Shown here: positions 1-9,902 of the stretch, piece after piece | How positions within the stretch are numbered: the first letter of the stretch is position 1 | How the letters are laid out: each line of letters opens with the position of its first letter | DNA from: an uncultured cyanobacterium | GTDB lineage: Bacteria > Cyanobacteriota > Cyanobacteriia > Cyanobacteriales > CAWUOF01 | Assembly (NCBI GenBank): GCA_963744145.1 | Contig: CAVUSO010000001.1 | Location: forward strand, 5,856,001 to 5,920,000 | Direction: 5' to 3' | DNA length: 64,000 bases | Made by a program: the position numbers and the translations under genes | Notes under the pieces: generated by a model | What the model saw: the letters and a program-made list of their open reading frames with translations, nothing else | What the model was told of the DNA's origin: nothing | The model's database searches: none

Positions 1-1
1 G

Positions 2-1915
2 TATGATTTTTGGGAATTTATTTGGGATGAGTTAGCCGTCAAATGGTTAATTACAAATAATAATTCTTTTGCTTTAAAAATAATTCAGTTAGTTTTAGGT
101 GGTGGGATGATACACTTTATCACTACATATCCCAGTTTACCTAACGGTTTATGGGTAAACTATCGACAACTTATTTCTCCTACTGAAACTCGTTACATCA
201 TCACAGGTATTTTAGCTACTAAATCATGTTTTAAGAAGGTTTCAAATTGGACTCAATTTACAAATTACCCTGAATTTACGAATTGGACTGAATTTACAAA
301 AAGATGTGTTAGTAAATCGGTTTGGGAAAATGTTAAATTATTATGGAAAAAACTGGATGATAATTTTCCCTTTCATGAAACACAAGAACTAAAATTGATA
401 GATATCCTTAAATGGGAATTAGGAGATCAGAACCCACAAGCTAGTCCGACTACAGCGAAAATGTTAAGTCAATTATGTCAATTCTCGCAAAAACACGAAG
501 ATCCAGAACTGATAGAACTAAGAGGATTTTTGAAAATAGTTAAGTTTCAAGCGGAAAATGGAGACTATTATGATTGTAAACAGTTAATAGTGTCTGGAAA
601 CGGAACAACAGAAGAAGAATTACTAGCTAATTTTGCACCTGAAGACCGACTTTTACATCAGAATTATAAAGAGCAAGCCTTAAAATTTTTCTATCTTTGT
701 CGATGTAGCTTAGAATCTATAAAAGCTATCTCTATTGAAGACTTAGCAACATGGGCTTCTAATGCTAATATTGAGTCTCAACAAGCTGTAATAAATTATT
801 TATCCAAAGGAGCAATGTCTAGTAGCTTAGTTAATTATTTAAACAGAATGGGCTCCAATAATTCATGGCTCAATAATAAAGTTAACGCAGTTTTAGTATT
901 AGAAGAATTGAAATCAGAAGAATTGAAAAGATCTCCTATTAATGTTAATGAAGATCCAAATATTTTACCAGATCAACCTCCAGAAATATCACAATCTCAA
1001 TCTCAGCCTCCAGAAATATCAAGACATCACACTCCAGAAACATTAAAAAGAATTTATGAATGGTGGCAAGGTATTGATAATGAATTTATTAGAGAAAAGT
1101 ATGATGATTTGGTTTATCCTGTCAAAATTAAGGATATGAAGAGAAAATTAAAACAGGATAAAATTAGTAGAAGTTACTGGTTGATTCTATTTTTCTTAGG
1201 AGTAACTCATAGAATGGGAAGAACTAATTATACACAGCATCGAGATTTTATTCAATTTTGTCGAGATAATAAAGATAAAAACTGGTGGAATACTTTTTCA
1301 AGTTCTCAACCTAAAGAAAAAGCGCAAGAGTGGATGAAGGTTTTAAATGAATATTTTGATGATCCAAATTGGGTTCAAGAAATTAAATGGCTTTACTGGA
1401 TGGAAAAATTTCCTATAATCTATCAAATTAGTTGTTATTTAGATGAATATAGACAAGTTTTTACTGATATTGACAAACTTAAAAAATCTTTCAACATCAA
1501 CCAAATAACTCAAGTCAGATCAAGTTATATATTTGATGGTACTGGTATAGATGCTCCTCCTTTAATGTTAGGAATGGGTGCTAACTTTATTATTAGAGAG
1601 TTAGTTCGTTTAGAGGTTATTCAACCAACACCTTATATTTTAGAAAATTGTTTTCTTCCTAAACGTAATGTTAGAAGATTTTTGACAACGCTTGGTTGTG
1701 ATGACTTAAACAAATGGAACCCAGAAACATCAAAAAAAATCTATAAGTTTTTATGTGATGAGTTTGAAAAATTTGGTATATCACAAACGGAAGTAACTTT
1801 TAATAAGGCTTTTGATATTCCTTTTCAAATATTAGCAGATAACCCTCAACTTAGAACCGAAATATTAAACGAAGAAATAAAGTTAGCAGATGTTGATGAA
1901 GATGAATTTGATTAA
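2..1915 (+). CDS. C-terminal part of a large uncharacterised protein (5' end outside the window)
   Basis: The frame is open from base 2 (YDFWEFIWDELAVKW...) into the 107..1915 ORF, so the true start is upstream. AT-rich, no HIP1 seen. Family not recognised. Confidence 0.8.
   Translation, partial: YDFWEFIWDELAVKWLITNNNSFALKIIQLVLGGGMIHFITTYPSLPNGLWVNYRQLISPTETRYIITGILATKSCFKKVSNWTQFTNYPEFTNWTEFTKRCVSKSVWENVKLLWKKLDDNFPFHETQELKLIDILKWELGDQNPQASPTTAKMLSQLCQFSQKHEDPELIELRGFLKIVKFQAENGDYYDCKQLIVSGNGTTEEELLANFAPEDRLLHQNYKEQALKFFYLCRCSLESIKAISIEDLATWASNANIESQQAVINYLSKGAMSSSLVNYLNRMGSNNSWLNNKVNAVLVLEELKSEELKRSPINVNEDPNILPDQPPEISQSQSQPPEISRHHTPETLKRIYEWWQGIDNEFIREKYDDLVYPVKIKDMKRKLKQDKISRSYWLILFFLGVTHRMGRTNYTQHRDFIQFCRDNKDKNWWNTFSSSQPKEKAQEWMKVLNEYFDDPNWVQEIKWLYWMEKFPIIYQISCYLDEYRQVFTDIDKLKKSFNINQITQVRSSYIFDGTGIDAPPLMLGMGANFIIRELVRLEVIQPTPYILENCFLPKRNVRRFLTTLGCDDLNKWNPETSKKIYKFLCDEFEKFGISQTEVTFNKAFDIPFQILADNPQLRTEILNEEIKLADVDEDEFD
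243..296 (+). repeat. Three in-frame 18-bp tandem repeats (NWTQFT/NYPEFT/NWTEFT)
   Basis: caaattggactcaattta caaattaccctgaattta cgaattggactgaattta. Confidence 0.75.
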
Positions 1916-1951
1916 AAAATATATCAAGAAGATATATCTCGGTAAAGAACT

Positions 1952-2040
1952 GGGCGAAGCATTCGGATATAATATTAGCTGGATTTAAGTTATAAATCAT
2001 CGCCCGAATGCTTCGCCCCTACAGTTAACTGAACCCTATT
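1952..2040. repeat. REP/REPIN-like inverted-repeat element
   Basis: Perfect 15-bp inverted repeat GGGCGAAGCATTCGG (1952-1966) / CCGAATGCTTCGCCC (2004-2018) followed by CTAC, then TTAACTGAACCCTATT, which resembles a cyanobacterial dispersed-repeat end. Confidence 0.8.
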
Positions 2041-2162
2041 GCATTATAGGTATCCTTAGTCACCACAATGCAAGGTCTAATTTTTCCAGTTTCCGACCCC
2101 TTTGTTGGCTCAAGATTAACATCAAAAATTATACCACGTTTTATTTTTATTCCTTCGGCCAT
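2025..2162 (-). pseudogene. mazF: Truncated MazF/PemK-family toxin (45 aa)
   Basis: Translates to MAEGIKIKRGIIFDVNLEPTKGSETGKIRPCIVVTKDTYNAIGFS*, the MazF N-terminal pattern (RG..V.L.P..GSE..K.RP..V). It overlaps the antitoxin end and stops inside the repeat element. Confidence 0.85.
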
Positions 2163-2386
2163 TCTTCTAAACCTGATTCTGTCAGTTCTTGTAACTCTTG
2201 ATCATCTTCGTAAATTTCAGCATAGAGATTAGCCGATTCTTGCAACTTATCCGCTTCCAATGCTAACTGCAACTTTTGCAGGGCGGTGATGACAACTTCG
2301 TTTGGTTCTTGAAATCCATATTCTTGACAGCGATCAAGAAATTTGATGCTAGATTCATCAAGTTTAAATGTATGTTGCTTCATCAT
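2147..2386 (-). CDS. Probable antitoxin for the MazF-like toxin
   Basis: 79-aa acidic protein directly upstream of, and overlapping, the mazF fragment. Confidence 0.7.
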   Translation of the reverse strand: MMKQHTFKLDESSIKFLDRCQEYGFQEPNEVVITALQKLQLALEADKLQESANLYAEIYEDDQELQELTESGLEEWPKE

Positions 2387-2433
2387 AAAAAAAACCTTGC
2401 TATAGTTAATCTATTTGATTCATAAATGGCTGA

Positions 2434-2504
2434 GGGCAAAGCATTCCGGTCATAGTTATCTGGTTGTAAGCAATAACTGATCTGCCGGAATGCTTTGCCC
2501 CTAC
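2434..2504. repeat. REP/REPIN-like inverted-repeat element (same family as 1952)
   Basis: Perfect 16-bp inverted repeat GGGCAAAGCATTCCGG / CCGGAATGCTTTGCCC followed by CTAC. Confidence 0.8.
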
Positions 2505-2722
2505 ATACCCGGCCAAAATTCTGTTCAGATCACCTCTAATTGCCGATTAGGTGGACAAATATGGACTCTTGCGTCCTTAATCAAAAAAAGAACACCTTTG
2601 CGCCTCAAAAGTGGTGATTCTCTCTGGCAGATCTGCTGGCATTACAGATAGAAGCTACGATATTGTTCTTTTCAGACCCGCCTCGATGTGGCGTTTAAAG
2701 CTCTGATTACTCAGGCTCGCCG

Positions 2723-2878
2723 TGAGCGTAGTCGAATGGTAATTTTTTCCTCGTCAATGTTACTTAGGCTTGTCATGTTCAGCTCACTTCCTTAGCTAAA
2801 TAGAGATGTTTAAAACTGAACGGCAGAGCTACAAGCTGGAAAGCACTCGCAGGTTTACCCTGAGCGTAGTCGAAGGGT
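2723..2878. repeat. Two copies of the short dispersed repeat TGAGCGTAGTCGAA
   Basis: Identical 14-mers at 2723-2736 and 2861-2874; the second is enclosed by ACCC/GGGT. Confidence 0.7.
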
Positions 2879-3049
2879 GCCATGACCCAAATAACGTAGT
2901 CTTTCGCTTGGCGATTGACTGAGACTGGCCATCTCTACACTTTATGTACTGGTTTCCAGATATATCCAGTGTTTAGCGGATAGCCATTATAATCATCAGC
3001 AAGCTCCTCAATCTAGTCACCTGCATGAAACTGATGTGATCATTATAAA

Positions 3050-3718
3050 TCATAAAAGTGACTTATCTAGAGCGATCACTTGATCGGGTGCTAAAACACC
3101 CCCGACTCTGATCACTTCCAAATTCCCTATTTCCTGGGGATGCTGAAGCTTAACTTTAGCGATCGCCTCCTCCATTCCTGCTGCCTGAACAATATAAATC
3201 TGTGTTTCACCTCTGAACACCCAAATTGGCTTAGACCAGGTATGTCGAGGATTTAGCGCTGCTTTATTGATGATATGATGGCTAAAATCAACCAGTTGTT
3301 CTAAAATATTTTCAGAACAAAATTCGGCAATTTGGGACTGAAATAAAGCTTTAAGTTTGTCAGTTGGAATATGTTCTGTTACTTCTACCGAAGCTGACAG
3401 AGACGAAGAACTTAATGGATGACTAAATGATGGAACTATCACCGATTCAATTTGACGCTGAATCTGACTTGTGATTGAATCAAAATCCGGCTCGTTCAAA
3501 ATATGCCCTAAATGCTCTCGCAACAAACTCGTTAGTTTTTCATCATCAAAAATGATTCCACTGGTACTAAAATATTCCGAAATCCTTTTTCCCCTATTTC
3601 CTCCACAACCAACTTCTCCTTGACTAGCATCTTCTGCTTCAACTAACTCCATCAAACGTTGATAGCGAGCAACTTCATCAGATGTAGATTTCGACTTACC
3701 AGGAATCGATTGGGTCAT
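3050..3718 (-). CDS. Hypothetical protein
   Basis: Part of ORF 3050..3796. The likely start is the ATG at 3718 (MTQSIPGK), which overlaps the end of the GNAT fragment. Confidence 0.65.
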   Translation of the reverse strand: MTQSIPGKSKSTSDEVARYQRLMELVEAEDASQGEVGCGGNRGKRISEYFSTSGIIFDDEKLTSLLREHLGHILNEPDFDSITSQIQRQIESVIVPSFSHPLSSSSLSASVEVTEHIPTDKLKALFQSQIAEFCSENILEQLVDFSHHIINKAALNPRHTWSKPIWVFRGETQIYIVQAAGMEEAIAKVKLQHPQEIGNLEVIRVGGVLAPDQVIALDKSLL

Positions 3719-3890
3719 AGGTTGCCATCCGTAGAGTCTCAAAATAAACCAGGTTATCGGGTTCTTCAGGATCAGGACCGCTATCAAGCAGTCCAATTCT
3801 GAGCTTTCTATAAAATCCTAGCGCACCTGGCAGAGCGTGTAACCCGATCCTACCCTGATAACCCAGTTCGTGGCTCCGGGCGATCGCCAA
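3696..3890 (-). pseudogene. C-terminal fragment of a GNAT acetyltransferase
   Basis: AIARSHELGYQGRIGLHALPGALGFYRKL matches the GNAT C-terminal motif (A..FY.K). The N-terminal half is absent. Confidence 0.65.
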
Positions 3891-3967
3891 ATCTACTAGA
3901 TTGCCCCCAATTCCTTTGGAGATTGGAATAGTTTAAAATATAGGATTAGATGAGCGAGAGAAAAATA

Positions 3968-4231
3968 ATGAGCCTTTTAGTTGAACTTGTTTTGAGGGAG
4001 ATTGATCAATTGACTCTAGTAGAGTAGATGCAAGTGTTAGAGCATTTGGTAAAGCAGATGAAGCAATCTGTTGAAACTATTGCTGTGCCTGCAAAACTTA
4101 AGCACAAGTTGAGTGAGTTTCGTGGTATTGTCAAGTATCCCCTGTTAGGTGAAGATGCTCAACAATGGGTGTCTAGAACTCGACGAGAGGGTGACGAGCA
4201 TCGGGATCAGTTGCTCCGGGGAGAGTTATGA
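3968..4231 (+). pseudogene. Probable antitoxin with an internal amber stop
   Basis: ATG at 3968 gives MSLLVELVLREIDQLTLVE*MQVLEHL...; the in-frame TAG is at 4025-4027. Overlaps the PIN-toxin start. Confidence 0.6.
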
Positions 4232-4332
4232 GGTTGGAAGATGCTTTGAGTGGAGTGACACGCTTATTTTTGGATACAGCACCAGTAGTCTATTTTGTGG
4301 AGGAGCATCCGACTTTTTTACCAATTGACTAG
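4228..4332 (+). pseudogene. vapC: Truncated VapC/PIN-domain toxin (34 aa)
   Basis: MRLEDALSGVTRLFLDTAPVVYFVEEHPTFLPID* carries the PIN N-terminal FLDT motif. ATGA overlap with the antitoxin stop. Confidence 0.7.
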
Positions 4333-4480
4333 ATTCAGCTGAGGAAGTCCTAATTAAGCAACACCTCAAAAATCTTGATTTGCTCTAGGTAGAAATTAAT
4401 AAAAAATGGCGAAAATCAAGCTCTAACATCTATTAACTAATTGTTATAGTCATCATCTTCCTCTCGACTCAGTCAATATC

Positions 4481-6010
4481 TCAAATCAGATTTAAGTCTA
4501 AATTTTGAGTAGTGTCTATAGTTGTGACATAAACAGCTTCAGCGGGAGTAAAACTTTCCGCAGTTGCAAGTTGACCCGCTAATAAATCAACGGTAGCATC
4601 AGCGATATCACCACTACGTTTAACTAGACGATCGCGTAAAACTGCTTCCGGAGCAGTACAGTTAATAATTTGGAGCGGTATTTGGTGAGTTTGAGCAGCT
4701 GCGATCGCTGGTTCTCGTAAAGCTTGACGATCGTATTTTGCATCTAAAATGACCGGAAAACCTTGTTTGGCTAAACTTAGTCCTAATTCTAACAGACGAC
4801 TATAGGTTTTTTGAGTCATGACTGGAGTATAAAGATCATCTCCTCCCTTTTCATATAAAGGTACTCCACCTAAATGCTTTCTCACCGCATCGGAGCGAAT
4901 GTGAATTGCTCCTAAATGTCTTGCTATTTTTCTTGCTGTTGTACTTTTTCCTGAACCCGATACTCCTGACATCAAGATTATTTTACCTTGACGTTGTTTA
5001 CTATATTGCCAAGCTAAGGTATAATATTGAGCAGCAGTTATAGTTGCCTTTTCTTTTTCTGGAGTCGGAATTGCTGGATCATCTAAGAGAAAAGAAATTA
5101 CCTTAGCTCTCACATAAGCTTGACGGTTTAAATATAAAGGGAGAATTGCTAATCCTTCCCAGTCTCCCGTAGTTTCAATATAAGTATTTAGATAAGCATT
5201 GGCTAAATCTGGACGCGATCGCGCATCTAAATCCATCACCGCATAAGCAATGTCAAACATCACATCGACAAAGCGAAAAGGTTCATTAAATTCTATACAA
5301 TCAAATAACAGAATTTTATCTAACCAATAGGCAATATTTCTTAAATGTAAATCTCCATGACATTCCCGAATCCAGTTCTGTGTAACTCTGCTCTTAAATA
5401 AATCTTCACGCTCAGTAAAAAATTTATCTGTAAATTCCCTAGTTTCATCAAACTGTTGTTGAGTCTGAGGACCACCAATATATTTTTCCGTTTGCTGATA
5501 ATTTTCGTCAAAAGCTAACCGAATTTGAGCAACTGTACCAAAAGTCCGGATATAATCATTACTAGGTGACTCGAGATGAAATTTAGCCACAATTCGTCCG
5601 AGTTCTTCCATCACTTGCTCAGTTAGCTTTCCCTGTTCAAACATATTACTGAACAGAGCTTCTTGGGGAAATTGCCGCAGTTTTAAAATATATTCTACTG
5701 GATTACTACTCTCACCGAGGATAAATTTATCCCCCGTTTGACTAATCGGTAAAACCTCCAGGTACAGTTCAGTTGCTCCTCGTTGATTTAATTGGAATTC
5801 TGCTTGACAAAAATTTTGTCTTTTTGCTAAGGTAGAATAATCTAAAAAACCAAAATTAACAGGTTTTTTGACTTTATAGACATAATCTCCTGTCAGTAAT
5901 ACATAGGAAACATGAGTTTGCATGAGTTCGATCGGCTCAGTAACCGGATGGGGATAAAAATCCGGTTGTAACATTTGTTGAATTAAAGCAGGTAAAGTAA
6001 AATCAGTCAT
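4481..6010 (-). CDS. Bifunctional aminoglycoside-phosphotransferase-like / AAA_33 (gluconate-kinase-like) protein
   Basis: THVSYV..YKVKK, CHGDLHLRNI and FDCIEFN kinase motifs; C-terminal P-loop GVSGSGKST. Confidence 0.9.
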   Translation of the reverse strand: MTDFTLPALIQQMLQPDFYPHPVTEPIELMQTHVSYVLLTGDYVYKVKKPVNFGFLDYSTLAKRQNFCQAEFQLNQRGATELYLEVLPISQTGDKFILGESSNPVEYILKLRQFPQEALFSNMFEQGKLTEQVMEELGRIVAKFHLESPSNDYIRTFGTVAQIRLAFDENYQQTEKYIGGPQTQQQFDETREFTDKFFTEREDLFKSRVTQNWIRECHGDLHLRNIAYWLDKILLFDCIEFNEPFRFVDVMFDIAYAVMDLDARSRPDLANAYLNTYIETTGDWEGLAILPLYLNRQAYVRAKVISFLLDDPAIPTPEKEKATITAAQYYTLAWQYSKQRQGKIILMSGVSGSGKSTTARKIARHLGAIHIRSDAVRKHLGGVPLYEKGGDDLYTPVMTQKTYSRLLELGLSLAKQGFPVILDAKYDRQALREPAIAAAQTHQIPLQIINCTAPEAVLRDRLVKRSGDIADATVDLLAGQLATAESFTPAEAVYVTTIDTTQNLDLNLI

Positions 6011-6092
6011 AAAATTAGTAATAATTAGTTGGGGAAATCGAAAAAATAGCGATCGCTCACATAATTATAGCGATCGCTCAACAGAAAAAAAA

Positions 6093-6683
6093 TTAAGCTG
6101 ATGCTGATTCTTTACTGTCCGGATCTCCGGATGAATTCAGAACCGATACAACCACTCGTTCTGGTTCACCAAGAGCGACAACATCTGATGGTAAATTTAA
6201 TTCCCGTACATGTAAAGATTGTCCCAAATGCAACTGAGAAACATCAACTTCAATATTTGCGGGAATAGCATTTGGTTTACATTTTACCTGTAACTCATTC
6301 AAAACTAGATCAAGCATTCCACCTTCTAGTTTAACACCGATCGGTTCACCCACAAAATGGAGAGGAACTTCTACCTCCAGACTTTCTTGTGCTGATACCG
6401 CAAAAAAACTGAGATGATATACAGTACCTTTAGCTGGATGAGTTTGGATTTCCCGGAGAAGAGTTTTCCCACTCCAAGGAATATCGGGAATATTGAGTTG
6501 AATCAGAGTATTATTGAGTGAAGCATCTCTAATTAGTAGTTCCGTTGGTTTAGCTTTTAGAGTCAAATTGAGAGATTCTGAGCCATTATGACCATAAACA
6601 ACTGCCGGAATCAACCCTTGACGACGTAGACTATTTGGTTTGCTTCCTTCTACCCGTTTTTGACCCTCAATTGTGAGTTCCAT
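6093..6683 (-). CDS. rplY: 50S ribosomal protein L25/Ctc
   Basis: LRRQGLIPAVVYG, REIQTHP, VEVPLHFVGEPIGVKLEGG, PANIEVDVS. Confidence 0.96.
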   Translation of the reverse strand: MELTIEGQKRVEGSKPNSLRRQGLIPAVVYGHNGSESLNLTLKAKPTELLIRDASLNNTLIQLNIPDIPWSGKTLLREIQTHPAKGTVYHLSFFAVSAQESLEVEVPLHFVGEPIGVKLEGGMLDLVLNELQVKCKPNAIPANIEVDVSQLHLGQSLHVRELNLPSDVVALGEPERVVVSVLNSSGDPDSKESASA

Positions 6684-6760
6684 AGTTCTAATTTTCCTTG
6701 ATCTAAATTTTTATTTTGGCAAAAAACCCTAACACCTGAAACCTGATTTCTGACATCTAT

Positions 6761-8159
<1,399 letters not shown>

Positions 8160-8192
8160 ATTAATTTTTGTTACAATCTATATCTAAGTCCG

Positions 8193-9320
8193 ATGACTGC
8201 TGTAGACACCAATCGCTGTCCGGTCGGGACAGATCGCTATCAACCCTTAAAATCTATTGCTGGAGAGGGATTTGTGACTTTACACGCTGAACTACATCGC
8301 CATCTTGGTGGCTCGGTTGTACCTCGGATTTTATGGCGCTATTTTCAGCGTCATGATGCTGAATTATCTGCTAGATTTCCAGAGTATGGAGAGTTTGAGG
8401 ATTTTTATACCCGTCCTCGCAATACTCTTGATGAATATTTAGAATTACATACTTTGGTAGAAAGTGTTCAAACGCCCGAGTCTTTGCCTTATTTTATCTA
8501 TCGTCTGATTCGAGGTGCTTATATTTTTGAAAATCTCGCTTATTTGGAGTTGCGTTATACTCCTTATCTGCGTACATCTCACCATTTGACCCAATCTCAA
8601 CGAATTGAGCAAATGGCAGAAATTGTTAATATTGTTGGTCGAGCAAGTCAGTTAACTAATTGTCCAATTGTGACTAGCCAAATTTTATGTATGCACTCTC
8701 GTTTACCCGAACCAGTCAATCGAGCAATCATTGATTTAGCTGCGGCTAATCCAGAGTATGTTTGTGCAATAGATTTAGCTGGGGGTGATGCTCAGTATGT
8801 TGAACAGTTGGATCAGTTTGTCGAATTATATGCTTACGCTCTTTCTCTAGGATTGAAAACTACTGGACATCTGTATGAGACTCCTAATGGTTGTTATCCC
8901 GAGTTATTACCTTATTTAATGCGGATTGGACATGGAATCCAAATTCCGTTGTTATATCCAGAATTGTTGTCAGAGGTAGCTAATCGTCACCAGTGTTTAG
9001 AAGTTTGTCCAACAACTTACTTGAAAACAGGTACTTTACAGGATATTAATCAGTTAAAATTGGTATTCGATCGCTGTTTTGAGGCAGGAGTAGATATTGC
9101 TATCTGTACGGATAATGCTGGATTGCACAATGTCCGGTTGCCGTTTGAATATGAAAATTTGCTGACCTATGATATTATTGATTTCGAGCAGTTGCAAATT
9201 TGTCAGGAAGCCGCTTTTCGTCATGCGTTTGCTTGGCCCTATAGCGATCGCCCGGTATCAATTCTCACAGAAATTTTGAAACCAGAATCGAATCAAATTC
9301 CAGTTCCTACACCAGTTTAA
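8193..9320 (+). CDS. add: Adenosine deaminase family protein
   Basis: AELHRHLGGS metal motif, YLELRYTP, RIGHG, EVCPT, CTDN. The start may be the GTG at 8274. Confidence 0.9.
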   Translation: MTAVDTNRCPVGTDRYQPLKSIAGEGFVTLHAELHRHLGGSVVPRILWRYFQRHDAELSARFPEYGEFEDFYTRPRNTLDEYLELHTLVESVQTPESLPYFIYRLIRGAYIFENLAYLELRYTPYLRTSHHLTQSQRIEQMAEIVNIVGRASQLTNCPIVTSQILCMHSRLPEPVNRAIIDLAAANPEYVCAIDLAGGDAQYVEQLDQFVELYAYALSLGLKTTGHLYETPNGCYPELLPYLMRIGHGIQIPLLYPELLSEVANRHQCLEVCPTTYLKTGTLQDINQLKLVFDRCFEAGVDIAICTDNAGLHNVRLPFEYENLLTYDIIDFEQLQICQEAAFRHAFAWPYSDRPVSILTEILKPESNQIPVPTPV

Positions 9321-9645
9321 TACTCCGACCGAAAAATCCCCCCAACCAGAGCGATCGAAGCGGACTGCTTCTTGTCAAGAAGGTGGAGTTGGCTCTCCTG
9401 GATCTGTGGTCAAAAAGTATCTTGAGATCCAAATCTTTTGGTTAATGAGGGCGGAAATACTTGCTGTTCAGACAATATAAGTCTTATTTATAACCATAAA
9501 TCCGGGAGAGCCGGAATTTTGGCCAATTTTCGCTCTGGGATCAAGTCCAGCCGACATTTTCCCAAAATCCCTTCCCATCGAGTGTTAATTATAGACTGCT
9601 GTTTGATAACTTTAAATAAAGCCACAAAATTTAGGAGTTTCCCCC

Positions 9646-9774
9646 ATGACTGCCCAATCTAAAAAACCTACCACAACTGGTCGTGCCTATCCTTTTCGCA
9701 CCGGGTGGGCTATATTTCTGTTAGCCGTCAACTTTTTAGTTGCTGCGATCTACTTCCATATTCTCAATATCTAA
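9646..9774 (+). CDS. psaX: Photosystem I subunit PsaX (42 aa; not in the ORF track)
   Basis: MTAQSKKPTTTGRAYPFRTGWAIFLLAVNFLVAAIYFHILNI*, with the PsaX signature Y.FRT.W..LLA.NFLVAA.YF. AGGAG ribosome-binding site at 9633-9637. Confidence 0.95.
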   Translation: MTAQSKKPTTTGRAYPFRTGWAIFLLAVNFLVAAIYFHILNI

Positions 9775-9806
9775 AATAGACCTTTTCCTGATCACCGCTC
9801 GCAATT

Positions 9807-9848
9807 AGTGCCAGATTTTTCGATCCCTTCCCCTGCATTCTGGCACTA
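9807..9848 (+). terminator. Stem-loop downstream of psaX
   Basis: Inverted repeat TAGTGCCAGA...TCTGGCACTA. Confidence 0.45.
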
Positions 9849-9902
9849 GGGCGGTTATAATGTTTTTGGTTTTTTAAGTATTTTGAGGATCAGAGTGATC
9901 TG

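Noticed and set aside
9325..9480. Possible ncRNA after the deaminase (short palindromes such as CTTCTTGTCAAGAAG)
   Set aside because: I could not match it to SRP, 6S, tmRNA or riboswitch signatures; short hairpins alone are insufficient.
9438..9662. 74-aa ORF upstream of and overlapping psaX
   Set aside because: TTG start, no recognisable motif, and it overlaps the well-supported psaX in another frame.
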